64,000 bases of DNA, from the NCBI GenBank assembly GCA_976551045.1, contig CDPCPM010000280.1:3286001-3350000 (forward strand), read 5' to 3'. The notes under the pieces were generated by a model that was not told where the DNA came from, made no database searches, and was given only the letters and a program-made list of their open reading frames with translations. Shown here piece after piece: positions 50,761-63,414 of this stretch. How positions within the stretch are numbered: the first letter of the stretch is position 1; every line of letters begins with the position of its first letter. Origin of the DNA: Glaucostegus cemiculus (taxonomy: Eukaryota). Position numbers and translations under genes: made by a program.

Positions 50761-52164
50761 CCCACAATGCTGTCATATAGGAAGAACCAGGAGTTTTATC
50801 TTGTGTCAAAGAACTCATGGTAATATATGTTCAGGTCAGGACAATGTATCTTGCGTTTGATCCTTGTCACTAATTTCAGAAGATCTAGTAGTTGGTATTC
50901 CAGAGCTGGCATGGGCTAATGTTATTGACTGGAAGCTTTAGGGTTCCCTGTCCAGATTGCTGTCTGGTTGTTATTCCTGATGGAAACTGTACTTATTGGA
51001 ACATCATTTAACCACAAGATTAGTTTCAGCTGTATAATCTCCTTTTGCATAGATGAATAATCATTCAATATTCACAGGCCTGGTACAGCATATGGCCTAG
51101 AAACTGGCTGCTGGAAAGGCATGTTCAATGGGTGGTATGTGCCATGCCCATTGCTGCAAAAGACAAAATACGATTTTCCATGAGGCCCAGGCATTGTTTG
51201 TAGTGTCAGGGCCTTACAAGCTTTTTCTCTGCAATGGTGGAGAGAGTAGAGGTATATGCTTGGTTTGTGTGGTGGAAAGGTCCATGTGGCAGAAATGGGC
51301 CAAGACGATTTTGGGTGTTATTTGTGAAATGATTGGAATGCCATGGGTTGGATACAGTATTGGTGAGGAGAGGCTGATGGGAGCTGGGATGGGGTGGTGG
51401 GTTGGGGGTGGAGGGTGTGAAAGACATGTACTCGGCTGTGAACGATTGAGAGGTGTGTGGTCGGAGGGGACGGGAATGGTAGGTGGCCTGAGGGGAAGAT
51501 CAGAAGATCCCCTTCAACTTATGATGAGGAAGGCCTTACATGTCTTGTAAAGTCCTGTTTTGTCTTAAGTGACCAGTCTAGGCCTCAGTAACACAGTAGT
51601 TAAATGACATGGTGCTTGAATGTGCAGTGCCGTTGGTCATCGCTGGTCTTGTCCAGGCAACTTTTTGCATCAGTACACCAGATGCACAGAGCACATGGAA
51701 GGAAAATCATGGACTTTGTAAGTTGCAATGCCCTGGTCTCAAATCATGAGTTGTGTGGCAGATGTTAAAATTGTGTTATGTGTTATAATTTCTAGGCCAC
51801 AGTGAGACAGTGGATGGAGTTGCCTGCTAGTGTACAGAAATTGACAACAAAACAAAATAAGACAAAAACCAAAGATATAAAAAAACCTTGTATTTTACAT
51901 TCAGACCATGAATGAATATTTTTGTTTAAATTCAAGCTGGAAATCAAATTCAGGAGAAAGTAATTTCAGCACCAGCTAGTGTCTGACACCTGCCATAAAT
52001 TAGTGATGGCTGACATAGCAATTTGAAATGAAATATTCTGACAGGAAAGCCCGACCAGAAGTCTTGACAGTGGGAAGTAAAGTTACAGGAGAGGAAGGGT
52101 ACATCCCATGCATGTTGTTAACTATCACAAAAAGAATGTCAGAACCACAGAATTTTAACTAACA

Positions 52165-52565
52165 GCTGTGGCTCTAACCACTGAATCAGTAGGTTGTGGG
52201 TTCATCTGATTCCAGAGATTTGAAACCTAGGCCAACACTCTGGTGAAGTAATAAGGAAGAGCAACGTTTTCTTTTTGAATGTGATATTGGATCAAAGCCA
52301 TGTCTTCATATTAGTGGGTACTAAAGAAGCCATGATGTTACTTTGAAGAACATAATTATTTACTATGCCCTAGTCATCCAATGTGACAAAGGAATGATTA
52401 TCTATCTATTATTACATTGCTGTTTGTTTGAGTTTGCTGTATACATATTGACTTCCACATTTCCTATATTGCAACAGGGAATATATATGAAATGTACTTA
52501 ATTTGCTATAGAGTGCCCTGGGACATCCTGGGGTCATGAAAGTTGCTGTATAAATGTAACTTCCT
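52165..52565 (+). mobile_element. Deu-domain SINE, near full length
   Basis: ctgaatcagtaggttgtgggttca...ttccagagatttga...cattgctgtttgtttgagtttgctgt...tgggacatcctggggtcatgaaagttgctgtataaatgtaac. Confidence 0.78.
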
Positions 52566-53094
52566 TATAAAAATACATACAAAGGCAATGCTAATACCTC
52601 TGTCTTGCTTCATTGGTGGGACAATCCAAAACAAATCTTTCTGTTATACTCTCCCTATACCCGCATTTCCTTCTTGAGCATTTATATACCTTTTCTTTCT
52701 TTTAATACACAAGGACTTCTTTTGTGTAGAGTCCAGCAGTCAGACTAGTAATAAATGCTCAGACAGTTTTCTGTTAGTCTGCCTGGATGTAATTGAATTT
52801 AAGTACTTAAAAAAACCTAACACAGAATCCCGAATACAAATAAATCTATGAAATGCCTTTTGGTCTACCAACTGAGTAACATGGAGGAGTCTGATAATAA
52901 GATTAATTTGGACACCTTTAAGTATGTGATATTCAAGAGCTTCATGAATACAGGTCTATGTTTTGGGCATTTTGGCATACTGCCCCTTTTTTGCAATATG
53001 CAGGGTTAATAGTCGAATGCTTCTGTGGTCCAATTTCCATATTCACAAAGGAAATAAATGGACCTACAGAAATCATAATCTGGTGATAAATCCA

Positions 53095-53670
53095 GTGGTG
53101 AAAAGTCCAGAAAGCTAGGGCTCATGGGATCCAAGTGGTGTTGGCAAATTGGCTTGGTGATAGGAGGCAAAAGATGGAGTAGTGCATTCATTTCTGGTCT
53201 CTGCATTACAGGAATGATGAGTTAGCATTAGAAAGGGTTCAGAAGATATTCACCAGGATGGTGCCTGGAATGGAGAGTTTTTCTTATAAAGAGAGATTGG
53301 ATAGGCTAGGTTTATTCTCCTCGGAATATAGTGGGCTGAAGGATGACCTGAAAGAGGTTTATAAAATTATGAGGAGCATAGGTAGGGTAGATGGTCAGTC
53401 TTTTTCCTAGGGTGGGGCAGCATAGGTTTAAGGTGAGAAGGAAGAAGTTTAAAGGACATCTGTGAGGTAAGATTTTCACACAGAGGGTGGTGGTTATATG
53501 AACCAACTGCCAAAGGAAGTGTCAGAGGCAGATACAATTGCAATGTTTGAAAGGTACTTGGATAGGAAAGGAGGAGAGGGATATGGGCAAATGGAATTAG
53601 TTGTAGGTAGGCATCATGGTCAGCATGGACTAGGATCATGGGTCATGTCTCTGTACTATATGCCTCTATT
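53095..53670 (+). mobile_element. CR1 LINE 3' part with internal deletion
   Basis: gctcatgggatccaag...ttggcttggtgataggaggca (RT region) is joined to IHFWSLHYRNDELALERVQKIFTRMVPGME...ERLDRLGLFS...DLKEVYKIMR and the 3' tail. Confidence 0.9.
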
Positions 53671-53679
53671 ATGGCTCAA

Positions 53680-53960
53680 TGACACATCTGAATTAGAAAG
53701 TTGTGGGTTCAAGCCTCGTTCCAGGATATGAGCATATTATTTAAATTTTAACACTTCAGTCCAAAGGCTAATAGAGTGCTGCACTGATATAAATGCTGAC
53801 TTTTAGATGAGACTTTGTGTGATGGCCCCATCTGCTTGTTCATGCAGAGCAAAAAAGATCCTGTGGCACTGTCTGCAATGGAACTGAGAATTCTTCTAGT
53901 GCCTTGGCCTCATTCAACATTACCAAAAATAGATTTTTTGGGTCACTGATTCTGTATGCA
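53680..53960 (+). mobile_element. Deu-domain SINE 5' part
   Basis: gaattagaaagttgtgggttcaagcctcgttccagga...gagtgctgcactg...ttttagatgagac...aaaagatcctgtggcact. Confidence 0.72.
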
Positions 53961-55333
53961 AACTGATCACTGTGGTTGCCCATATAATAAACATGGTCTC
54001 CTCTCAAAAGTACAGGTCCTCCCCAGGTTATGACAGGGTTCTGTTCCTGTGAACTGTTCATAACCCAAACAGTCTGCAAGTTGGAAATGTAGCTGTGAAC
54101 CGAGTTCCCACACTACAGAAGATGGCTGCAGCCCTGCATCAGCCATCAATCTATCTCATCAGTCTCTCAAATACTCAATTATATGTACAGCCTGGGCATT
54201 CGTAAGGTGGGAAGAACCTGCAATCCCATATGTGTAACGTCCTGAGACTAATCATGCACAGTGTAAATGTGAGCAATTCTTTCTGAACTTTGCCCTGACT
54301 TTATTGAGGAGTAAGACCATTCTTGCTCATTTCAGATTATAGTAAAGTGGCTGTCTGCACAAATTGTAATGTACAAAAAGATATCTACAGCAAGAAAAAC
54401 TGTGCAGGAGGTTCACTGACATCTGGAATCACCACAAGACTGAGGAGGGCATCACAAAGTCCTGCATGCGTTGATTGATTGTTTTTCTTCTTTGAAAAAT
54501 TAATGGAGTCACAGACTGCAATCCCAGAAACTGGCAAATCCCAACCCTCTCACTCCCTCCCAAATCCAATTCTCATATACTAAAGTTGGGGTTTTGCCTG
54601 TAGAGGCACTATAAATCAATGGTCTTGCTGACAATGTGTTTGGCACAGAAGGCAGTTCTTTTGCTTATTGTGTGGTGTCTCAGCACTGTTAAAAGAAACA
54701 TCCAGGAGAGTTGGAAGAGTTAATGACTGCTGACCATATAGTGTTTGCCAACTTGGAGAAATCACTGCTCCACCCACCCACCCCTTGAGAGCATGAGTCA
54801 GACTACAACTGCCAAACTAGTGTTGTAAGGGAAGCCTCGTCTGCTCATGCTGTAGTAACAAGTCTAACGCTTAAGGCCTGACATGATGCTGTCATTAGAA
54901 AACAGATAGAATCAGGTATAATTGTCAGCTGGAAAATATTACGTCTGTGAAAGAGGTAGCAGCCTGTGTGGGAATATAAAGGAACAATTCACTGACTATG
55001 CAGACACTATTTTTAAATACATGTATATACAAAAAATAAAATTTATAACTGGAGTTATGGGGATTCATTTCCCAAAAAGTGAATTAAAGAAACTGAAATT
55101 TTCCCAAACAGCGTCATTGTGAAACAGCCGTATACATATCACTGCAGTCTATCATGTGTGCAAGCTGCAGACAGAACCCAATAAAATGGCTCAGTTTTCT
55201 TCATTTGATTTTTCATTCCACCTCTCTTGAAGATGTTTGATCTTGCTGATGTTCTCAATCAAGGGCATGAGCATCTTTTACTATCTCAATTAAATCTCTT
55301 TCCCTTTGAAAGGCTATGAATGCCTGTACAATT

Positions 55334-55450
55334 GGAGCTTGTCAGTTTTTTATTGTTAGTTAAGAGTATTCAGGGGTAAAGGCAGGTATAGACCAGCAAA
55401 TATCTAATTGACTGGAGGAGCTAAATGATTTTTTCCTGTTCCTAAGTTCC
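55334..55450 (+). mobile_element. Short CR1 3' fragment between 12-bp direct repeats
   Basis: ttgttagttaagagtattcagggg...ctaattgactggaggagctaaatg...cctgttcctaagttcct. gcctgtacaatt occurs at 55322-55333 and 55470-55481. Confidence 0.55.
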
Positions 55451-55991
55451 TCAGCAACTATTTATATGAGCCTGTACAATTAGGTTTTGCAGACTGTTTT
55501 ACTACAGAAGGCTGACAATGATCCCATTTACCTGGTATTCACATGTGTACTTTCCAGGTGGCATCACCTGATAGAATTGGGTGTGATGACTTTGGCTGAA
55601 TTATTCGGTCCCCAGCTCCTTGACACCCCATTTGTGACTATGGCAGAAATTGGCTTTCAGGATATCAAACCTACTCTTCTACTCTGTTATTAGGCATTAA
55701 GCAGATAGCTGCTTTGTCACAAAGGAGCAGCCAGTAAATTACAATTTAAATTGTCCAAAAGCGTCCACAAGAAATCAACCTATAGATCTTTCTTAATAGT
55801 TACAAGGATTTATTTCCTCTTCCAAAGATAATTTGTTTCCACATTCTTTCCAGTAACAGAATCTGGGAAGTCTCAACATTGACCAGTCCATGATTTGAAT
55901 GGAATGAGACAGACAGCTACAATTATTACTTCCTCTAATATGTGCTTCTTCATCCTGCTCTATCTACTGGAACTTGGCCAAAAATATCTTG

Positions 55992-56121
55992 AAACTAATG
56001 CATGGTTTTAACCTGAATCGTCAACAATTCCTTCCCCAATGGTTGATGCTGCTCCACCTGCTGAGTTCCTCCAGAAGATTGCTTGTTCCAGATTCCAGCA
56101 TCTGCAGTCTCTTGTGTCTAC
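55992..56121 (+). mobile_element. PLE mini-element (hammerhead plus tail type A)
   Basis: CTAATGC-A-TGGTT-tt-AACCT-GAATCGTC-aac...gatgctgctccacctgctgagttcctccag...ccagattccagcatctgcagtctcttgtgtct. aacttggccaa is repeated at 55971-55981 and 56129-56139. Confidence 0.78.
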
Positions 56122-57369
56122 ACTTTGAAACTTGGCCAATTTAGAAACAAATTATTCTTGAGCAATATGCAGTCATTATCAGGACTTAAAGAACGATTGG
56201 TGTGAATCAAGAAGCTGCTGGACTTACAACTCCACAATGGCCAACTTAGCACAATTCTTGGAATCCACATCCACAGCATTTACAATTAAATTTACTTATT
56301 ATAATCTAGCCTTTGTGCTGACCAAAATTGTATGGCAAAATTCTCCACTGGTGAAGATAGGGAGTCCAATCAAGGTAAAATTGATTAGGACCATTCTGCC
56401 ATTCCCATCAAATGATGGATAATTCAGCAACAAACGATCATTGGCTTTGAAATTCCAATGCACCCAAATGGCTGCCAGACAGTTTCAGTCTTGGAACCCT
56501 GCAACAATTTTTCTTGTGCCCAATGATTGTCAACTGAAGGGCATTGCACATTTTTGTTTTTAAAAGTATGTCATCCAGGACTGAAGCTGGGTTTGAAGGA
56601 GATAGTTGCTTTTGGGACAACTTAATCTATGTTCCCCAGAGTTGTTCTAAAAGGGGCACTGCACCGTGAGTGCCATTGTCCTCTAACCCCTAATTGCAGA
56701 AATTGCATAAGGTGTACAGGGTAACTCAAGAAATGCCTGGGTGGATAAAGTATTCCAGAAATGGTTAGCATTGCAATCTACATCTGGGGGAAAAAATGCA
56801 TAAAGCTAAAAGAAATCCCAGACCAAACTGTTTTATGATTTCATTTTTTATTTTCTCTCTCTCTCTCCCTCTCTCTAAACCTAAAGAAGATAATTCCATT
56901 CATATTTATATCTTAAGGCAAAATTCTGTGCAGATTAATTTTTTTTGTGTGTTTAAAAACACAATGATATGACCTGAGAAATTTAAGCCACCATTTCTCC
57001 TTAAAAGAGGATGTAATCAAGACAGTAGTATTCTGCCATGTGAACAATAGAGGGCGCATTGAGCCAGAGATATGTGCCCTTCCTTTTGCTCCAGGGAAGA
57101 ACACCAAGGTGAATTGCTTCTGTTTTTGTCACTGGTTAGACGAGTATCCTTTAACTGATGTCTTGCACTGTCCCATCTTCCCATCAATTCTAAGCCATCA
57201 GAATCAGTTTCTCAAAATGCAAGTTATGATGTGGTATCTCATGTATCCACAGAAAAGCACCAAACCTTCTGGGTACTTAGATAGCAACACTCAGTGTACT
57301 TAAGATTGATCACATGTCATGGCAAGCTTAGTCTGAATAAAAAGATTTTCTGCAGTATTGAATACTTTT

Positions 57370-57670
57370 GCCATGCTTCTGTTGTTTAGGTGAGACTTTC
57401 AGCCAAGGTCACATCTGCCTTTTTAGGTGCTGTTTTAGATTCCACCGTCAGCAGGGAGTTTTCTCAGGGTCTTGGCCAATATTTCTTCCTTAACCAATAA
57501 CACCGAATAGCATGTAATTTTTCTCACTGCTATCTAGAAGACCTTGTGTTGGATTTGGCAGCCATTTTTGCTGACCTAATTGCAGCAACTGTACTTTGTA
57601 AGAAATTCATTGTACATGAAGTGCTTTGGAGCAAATGTGAAGTGTATAATATGGAACTATGTAAATATTC
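57370..57670 (+). mobile_element. Deu-domain SINE fragment
   Basis: ggtgagactttcagccaagg...gcagggagttttctcagggtcttggccaatatttcttcc...gtgctttggagc...ctatgtaaat. Confidence 0.65.
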
Positions 57671-58879
57671 GCTCATGATTAGCAGATTTTTAAATGAGAA
57701 GCCTCATTTATGTTCAGCTGGGAGACGTAGAGGACATATCTATTTTACATAGGTATGATCTCAAGCAAAGCAACACATTGGGGTTATAACAGACCTCAGC
57801 ACGGTGGATTATAGAGGACAAAGACATTTATATAGAGTTCCTGCTTCTTATCCAGTGGCCCCTGAATGTATTGTAACATTAAAGAGGAAGGCTTTCTTGC
57901 ATTGCCTCTTGTGGTTTTTTTTAGCAAACTTCATAAGTTACCGCAGACCTCCCATCTCCTGCAGAACTGAAAGGTACTTGTGTCTTCTGGAGTACAGCTG
58001 TTAGAAAGCGTTATCTTTACAAACCTTAACAGAGAGTCAGTCTTACCTTCCTTCAGTCAGAATTAGAAATACCCTCCTAATTCTTCCCCTTTAAAATCAT
58101 CAGCAAGGTAAGGAAACTTAAACATTGCCATTGCCTGTAAGTGCCATTGTTTCATCATTTGGATAGAAACCAGATGAAAGGGGATGAAGCTAACATCTAC
58201 TGAAACTTTTGGTTTTGGCTTATCACTTAAGCAGGGTGACATGGGATTTATGGCCCATTTTATACTCATCTCAATATTCATTTGCATTGATTTCAGCAGG
58301 CAGCTGGTCTGATGTGGCACATTGTCCTATCGACCAAACTCAAGTTCAGCCTCTGGCCTAATATAAAGCTTCAATATGCATATAACTCACAAGAAACAAC
58401 CTAAGTTTGGCCAGAGGTGGAAAAGCAACACAAGAATGTTGTAATCTGTGGTACATGTCCTGGGACAACCAGCAATTAGTGCATGTCTTGACCTTTTGCA
58501 CAATATTATATACCATGACCGTGCTCTTTACATGTGTTTGTGATGGTGATCCAGGCCCCTATTGCAGCCTATGGCAAACCATAGGCTGTGTCTGCAAATA
58601 CTTTTCTCATTTCCTATGTCACAGAGGGCTGAATTTCTACTGGTGCTTCCAGCCATTTGCCTCCAAAAGCAATAGTCTCCCTCAGACTTTGTTTACTGTG
58701 GAGGTTTAAAAAATTCTCCCCAGCTCTCCTGAAGGCCTCTGCAGGGTTACACTTCCATGCATTAGCTATCCAAAATCTCAAAAAATGACTCACCCTTTAT
58801 CAATAAACTTACAAGTGGTAGAAATGTCCCAAACAGCAACTTCAAAACTTTAGCCCATGTTTCAGCTATGGTGTAGTGA

Positions 58880-59460
58880 TAGTTTCTGAGTCAGAACATT
58901 CACAAAATAGTATTGTGCATATAAAGGTAATTTGGTCCATTTTGTCTGGATTTAAGTCTGCACCACAGAGAATTAGTTACAGCACTGCAGTATTGCTGAT
59001 CTGGTGTAACATAGATGAGAATTTAATTGAGGCCTCATTCACCCCCACAGATGAATGTAAAAGCTACAAAGGCAGACGTGTTGCCCCTGATCTCTTGGCC
59101 AACATTTATTCTACAATCAAATTACCAAGAAACATTTTTCTACAAAAACACAAGAAAACGTTGTGCGGGAGTAGACCACCTGGCCTCTCAAGTCCCCTTT
59201 ACCATACAATATGATTGACTGTGATTGATCTCTCCCAGGCCTCAACAGTGCCCCATAGTCCTCATTTCCATGATCTTTCAAAAATTTATCTACATCCTTT
59301 TTAAATACCTCCAGTGATTGCCTTATCTGCTTGTGTGAGTTTGCTGTGTACACATTTGCTTGTATTAGAACAGTAATTTCACTTAAAAACCAATTAATTG
59401 CCTGTAAAGTGTTTTGGGATGTCACAAAATCATGAAAGGCTTCAATAAATGTAAATACTT
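58880..59460 (+). mobile_element. Deu-domain SINE split by a minus-strand CR1 tail (about 59140-59320)
   Basis: ctgagtcagaa...gatgaga...tcttggccaacatttatt, then the CR1 tail in reverse (caggcctcaacagtgccccatag...aaaatttatctacatcc), then the SINE resumes (gtgagtttgctgtgtacaca...gttttgggatgtc...catgaaaggc). Confidence 0.68.
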
Positions 59461-60282
59461 CTAAGTCTACTCACTTAATTATCTCAAGTTGCTGATACTA
59501 TTCTTAGTGATTTAAATTTATCTCTCCAAAACATCAATGATTCCAGTTACTGGCATAAATAATGTCAGAGAAGATTTTCTTTCAGAATTTCCCACTGCAA
59601 CAATTTGCCTAATTGCACAGACTGAGCTCCAGGTTTGATCATTACTGATTTGGTCAATCCAACCATTGGAGTGCTTGAAGGCAGGTAAGGGCTCTGTGTT
59701 CCTGACTGGATTCGGCTGTCCCCAGAGGACAGGTACACATTTGTGATTGTCAGATTAGGTTCAGCTTTGGCTGTGGTGCCTTCCTTGATTGAATAGGCTG
59801 ATGTCACTCATTTCAGAGGAGCACAAATGGATAGAGGCCAATTAGACTAGGTAACAAAGGCCTATTGTTTGTTGCTTTAGCAAGCCAGTGCCTTAAGGAA
59901 TGGAGTCTATTAGGAATGCCAGGACTTATCAAAGCATTCTATTAAATGTGGCCACGTAACACAGGTTGACAAAAGGATAGGCAGCCGCAATAGATTGTTC
60001 TACATCAGAGAAATTATTCTACACAAATACTCTTCTATGATAATAATCTGACTGTTGATGTTGCAGCCAACTCACAAATTACAATAAAATGAGACATCAA
60101 CTAATCTGCCCTTTTGTATTTATTTTTTCAATTTGATGTAACCATGGGTGAGCCAATTCAAAAATACAAATCAGGTTCTACAAAGATGCTGATGACCCTC
60201 AGAACACCACACTTTCAGATTTGTCACACTTTTGTCTGACACTGAAAACTTAAATAAGCAGAAACTTCTTACAACTATTTAT

Positions 60283-60480
60283 GGGGACAACTGAAACTAT
60301 TATCTTTGGTCCTCACCACAAATTTACCTCCCAGGCCAACATTCCCATCCCAGGAAACTGAGCCTGACTATTCTTAACCTTGATATTGTTTTTGATACGG
60401 AGTTTTATCAATAAATTTGATCCCATCACGAAAGCTGCTTATTTCTGCCTCCACGTCATTGTCCAGACTTAACATCAACT
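60283..60480 (+). mobile_element. L2 LINE ORF2 fragment
   Basis: TETIIFGPHHK...ILNLDIVFDTE...ITKAAYFCLHVIV matches the L2 KTE...NLGV.FD...I.K.AYFHLRNI region. Confidence 0.7.
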
Positions 60481-60529
60481 GCATTGCTGAGGAATAAACC
60501 CTCCCTATAGTGTTAGCCTTGCAGCATTT

Positions 60530-60930
60530 TTTGCAACTAAGTTGAAAATTGTGGACTCAAGTACTAATTCAGAGACTAGACCACAAAAATCTAGACTGAT
60601 ACTTCAGATCAATATAGAGGAATATTGTTCTGTCACCTTTAAGATGAGACACGTCAATCAAAATCCTGTTTCAACTTCTGGCTAAAGGTAAGAGATTCCA
60701 TAACATTATTTTGAAGAATGGCAAGAATTTTCTTCCTTGTATCCCGGCCATTGTTTATCCCTTGATCATTACTATAAAAAGATTATCTGGTCTTTTTCTT
60801 ATTTCATTTTGTTGGGCTTCTCTATGAACAATTTGGGTGCTGCATACATTGCAATGAACTGCATATCAAGAGTATTTAATTGGCAATTAAGGGGATATCC
60901 TGACGTGACGAACACTGATAACAGGGCTGC
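60530..60930 (+). mobile_element. Deu-domain SINE
   Basis: ttgtggactcaagt...cagagactagaccacaaaaatctagactgatacttcag...gatgagacac...tatcccggccattgtttatccct...agattatctggtc. Confidence 0.7.
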
Positions 60931-62411
60931 ATTGTTCTTGATCCAACTCACCACCCATGCTTGGCCCCTACACTAATCCCACAGCACCTGTGGGATCTAT
61001 TGTATTGGAGACCTCCACACTTGGTCCTTCCTTGAGGGAGATGATAAAGACTTCATTGTTTTCAAATTTGAATTCATTTAAATCTATTTGAATGAGTTAA
61101 AAATAGTAAAAATAAATGTGAAAATATATTAGAACTGTAAATTAAATATATAAATGTTAAGCAAAAAAAATTAACCTGTACTTGCATTTTCAGTGACCCC
61201 TCAAATGAATAGGGGCTGCTACTTATTTACCTGTCATGTCCTGTGTAAGGCTCTAGGGTTAAATGCAAAGTCATCTGGCCTTCAGCTCAATACAATCTGA
61301 AACCTCTGCTAAATTCAGTAGCAAGTCTAGTGACCAAATGTGAGTTCACATGTACTAGCAACTGACCTCTAGTGCACCTTAGACATCTGCACTCCACTGC
61401 ATAGATGTGGAAGTCAAAAATGCCCTGAATATTGGAAGGCAGACATGGAGCAGTTCCCTGTGAAACCACTGTCCACATTAGGGAATGGTCCAGCCCATTA
61501 GTTCATCTCATTTCTATTCTTCCAAATGAATGTTTGTCCTGAGATAATCTGACATAGCAGCTGATTGTGGTAGTTGGCCTGTGAATGAACATCCAGCTAT
61601 ACTTTCCACCTAGAATCCATGCACAGCTTAGGATGGGTAAAATTTGTTTTTTAGACCCTAATAAAAATAAAAGCAATAGTTCTTTGTGCCTGAGGACATG
61701 TGTAATGTACATGTGTAAATGGAAGACAAAATTTTAAAGGCTTCTGTAACTATCACCCTGTTGAAACCATTTGGAGGCCAAGGAAGAAGAACAGGCCTAC
61801 AGCAGCTGGAAAGGCAACCACAAGCCCACCAACTAGGCAACCCTGAGTGATCTATTAAATTACGGAAAACAAACAAGCTGTTTGAAGATTGAAATGAACT
61901 GCCATTGACAGTGTACAACACAACTCGAACAATCCTATAGTGTGATTTTGTAACCTTAGGGATCTCTCTGTGGAAACACTGACAGGACTGTCTGTCTCAC
62001 TGCTCAGAGCTGAGCGTCATAACAAGGCTCTTTATCCGAGCTGAGATTACAGACTTTGTAGGAGAGGCTCTGGAGGTTAAAGGAATTGAGAAGCAATTAC
62101 ATCCAACTAGAGACCAAGCAGATGATGTAATTGGAACTCAAAAGTTAAATTAACATCTAGAATTTCTGGTAGAAACTAAAATAACTGCATAACAATGTGT
62201 AACTATTACTTGGGCAGAGGCTTATAAGATAATTGACTATAGGAATTTACAAATCCATCATGGTCACCACACCTTCTACATTTTGTGCATGTTAAAATTA
62301 ATGTACGTTCTATTTTATAAACTCTGTCATCATTTGCATTAAGCAAAGAACTGCTCTCTACAAATTGAAAGTTTTTTTTAAATAAACGTAAGTATTGAGG
62401 TAATGCCAAAC

Positions 62412-63030
62412 AACCACATTTGTATAGAGTGCCTTTAACATAGCAAAACATATCAAAGCAGCATTAGTAAGCAAAATTTGACACTAAGCCACATGAGGAC
62501 AAATTGCACCATGTGACCAAAAACTTGGTTGAACGAGTAGGTTTAAAGAAGGAAAGAGGATGAAAGATGTACTGGTTTAGGAAGGAAATTCTAGAGCTTA
62601 AGACCAGACTGCTGAACTACCATTAATGGAGTAATAAAAAAGAGAGTGTACAAGAGGCCTGAATTAGAGAACTGCAGAGACTCAAGTGTTATGGAACTTG
62701 AGAAGATTGCAGAGATACAGACCAGCAAACCATGGATTTGAACATAAGAAATTTAAAATTAAAGTGTTGTTGGAAGGGTGATAAACTAGGCCATTAAGTA
62801 CAATAGTGGTAGATAAACAGGATTCAAAACAAGTCAAGATTTAAGTAACAAGTCTTAAGGGAGCTTAACTTTATGGAGGGTGGAAGAAGAGAGGAGAGCC
62901 AGGTGAACATTTGCATAGTCAACTCCAAGGGTAATAAAGGCAGCAGTATGTGAGCTGAGGCAGTGTACAATTGAACAATTAGTTGGAGAAATAGATGGTT
63001 TTGATGATGGCACCAAGATATAATCACAGT
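62412..63030 (-). mobile_element. L2 LINE 3' fragment
   Basis: ORF 62855..63061 contains AFITLGVDYANVHLALLSSSTLHKV (L2 AFVTSRLDY.N.LLAGLP motif). The L2-type 3' end lies at about 62412-62550. Confidence 0.8.
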
Positions 63031-63414
63031 TTATTTGAAAGCTGTGTCTAGTTTTGGGCACCTTAGTTTGGAAAGCTGGTCAAGGCCAGAGGAAGGTAAT
63101 GTGATCCCACTCAGAAGCTTTATTTATAAGAAGGCACTAGAAAGTCCTTTACACAAATTTGAGGAAAAAATGGTATTGTGCAGTTGAAAATAAGATTAAT
63201 CTGAAGTAGAACAACATTGCACCCATTTCTGGACCTTAAGTGCCTTGCAGGAAATTCAATCCCTGATTTTCCCATTGGACGTTTGTTAGTATGTGAAACA
63301 TTTTACCAGCATAAAACATTTCCGAATGATGTCAGCAATACCACAATGCCCCAAATTGATCTCCAACATGATATTCAACCCTCTTGGTCTAAGAAAACAA
63401 CAGTTCCTTCTTAC

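Noticed and set aside
54336-54480. Acceptor-like site followed by a Cys-containing frame (DYSKVAVCTNCNVQKD...)
   Set aside because: Ends in a stop with no recognisable homology or convincing donor.
58040-58140. Strong donor sites on both strands (CAAG/GTAAGG plus, GAAG/GTAAGA minus)
   Set aside because: The implied exons have stops in all three frames. No support for coding use.
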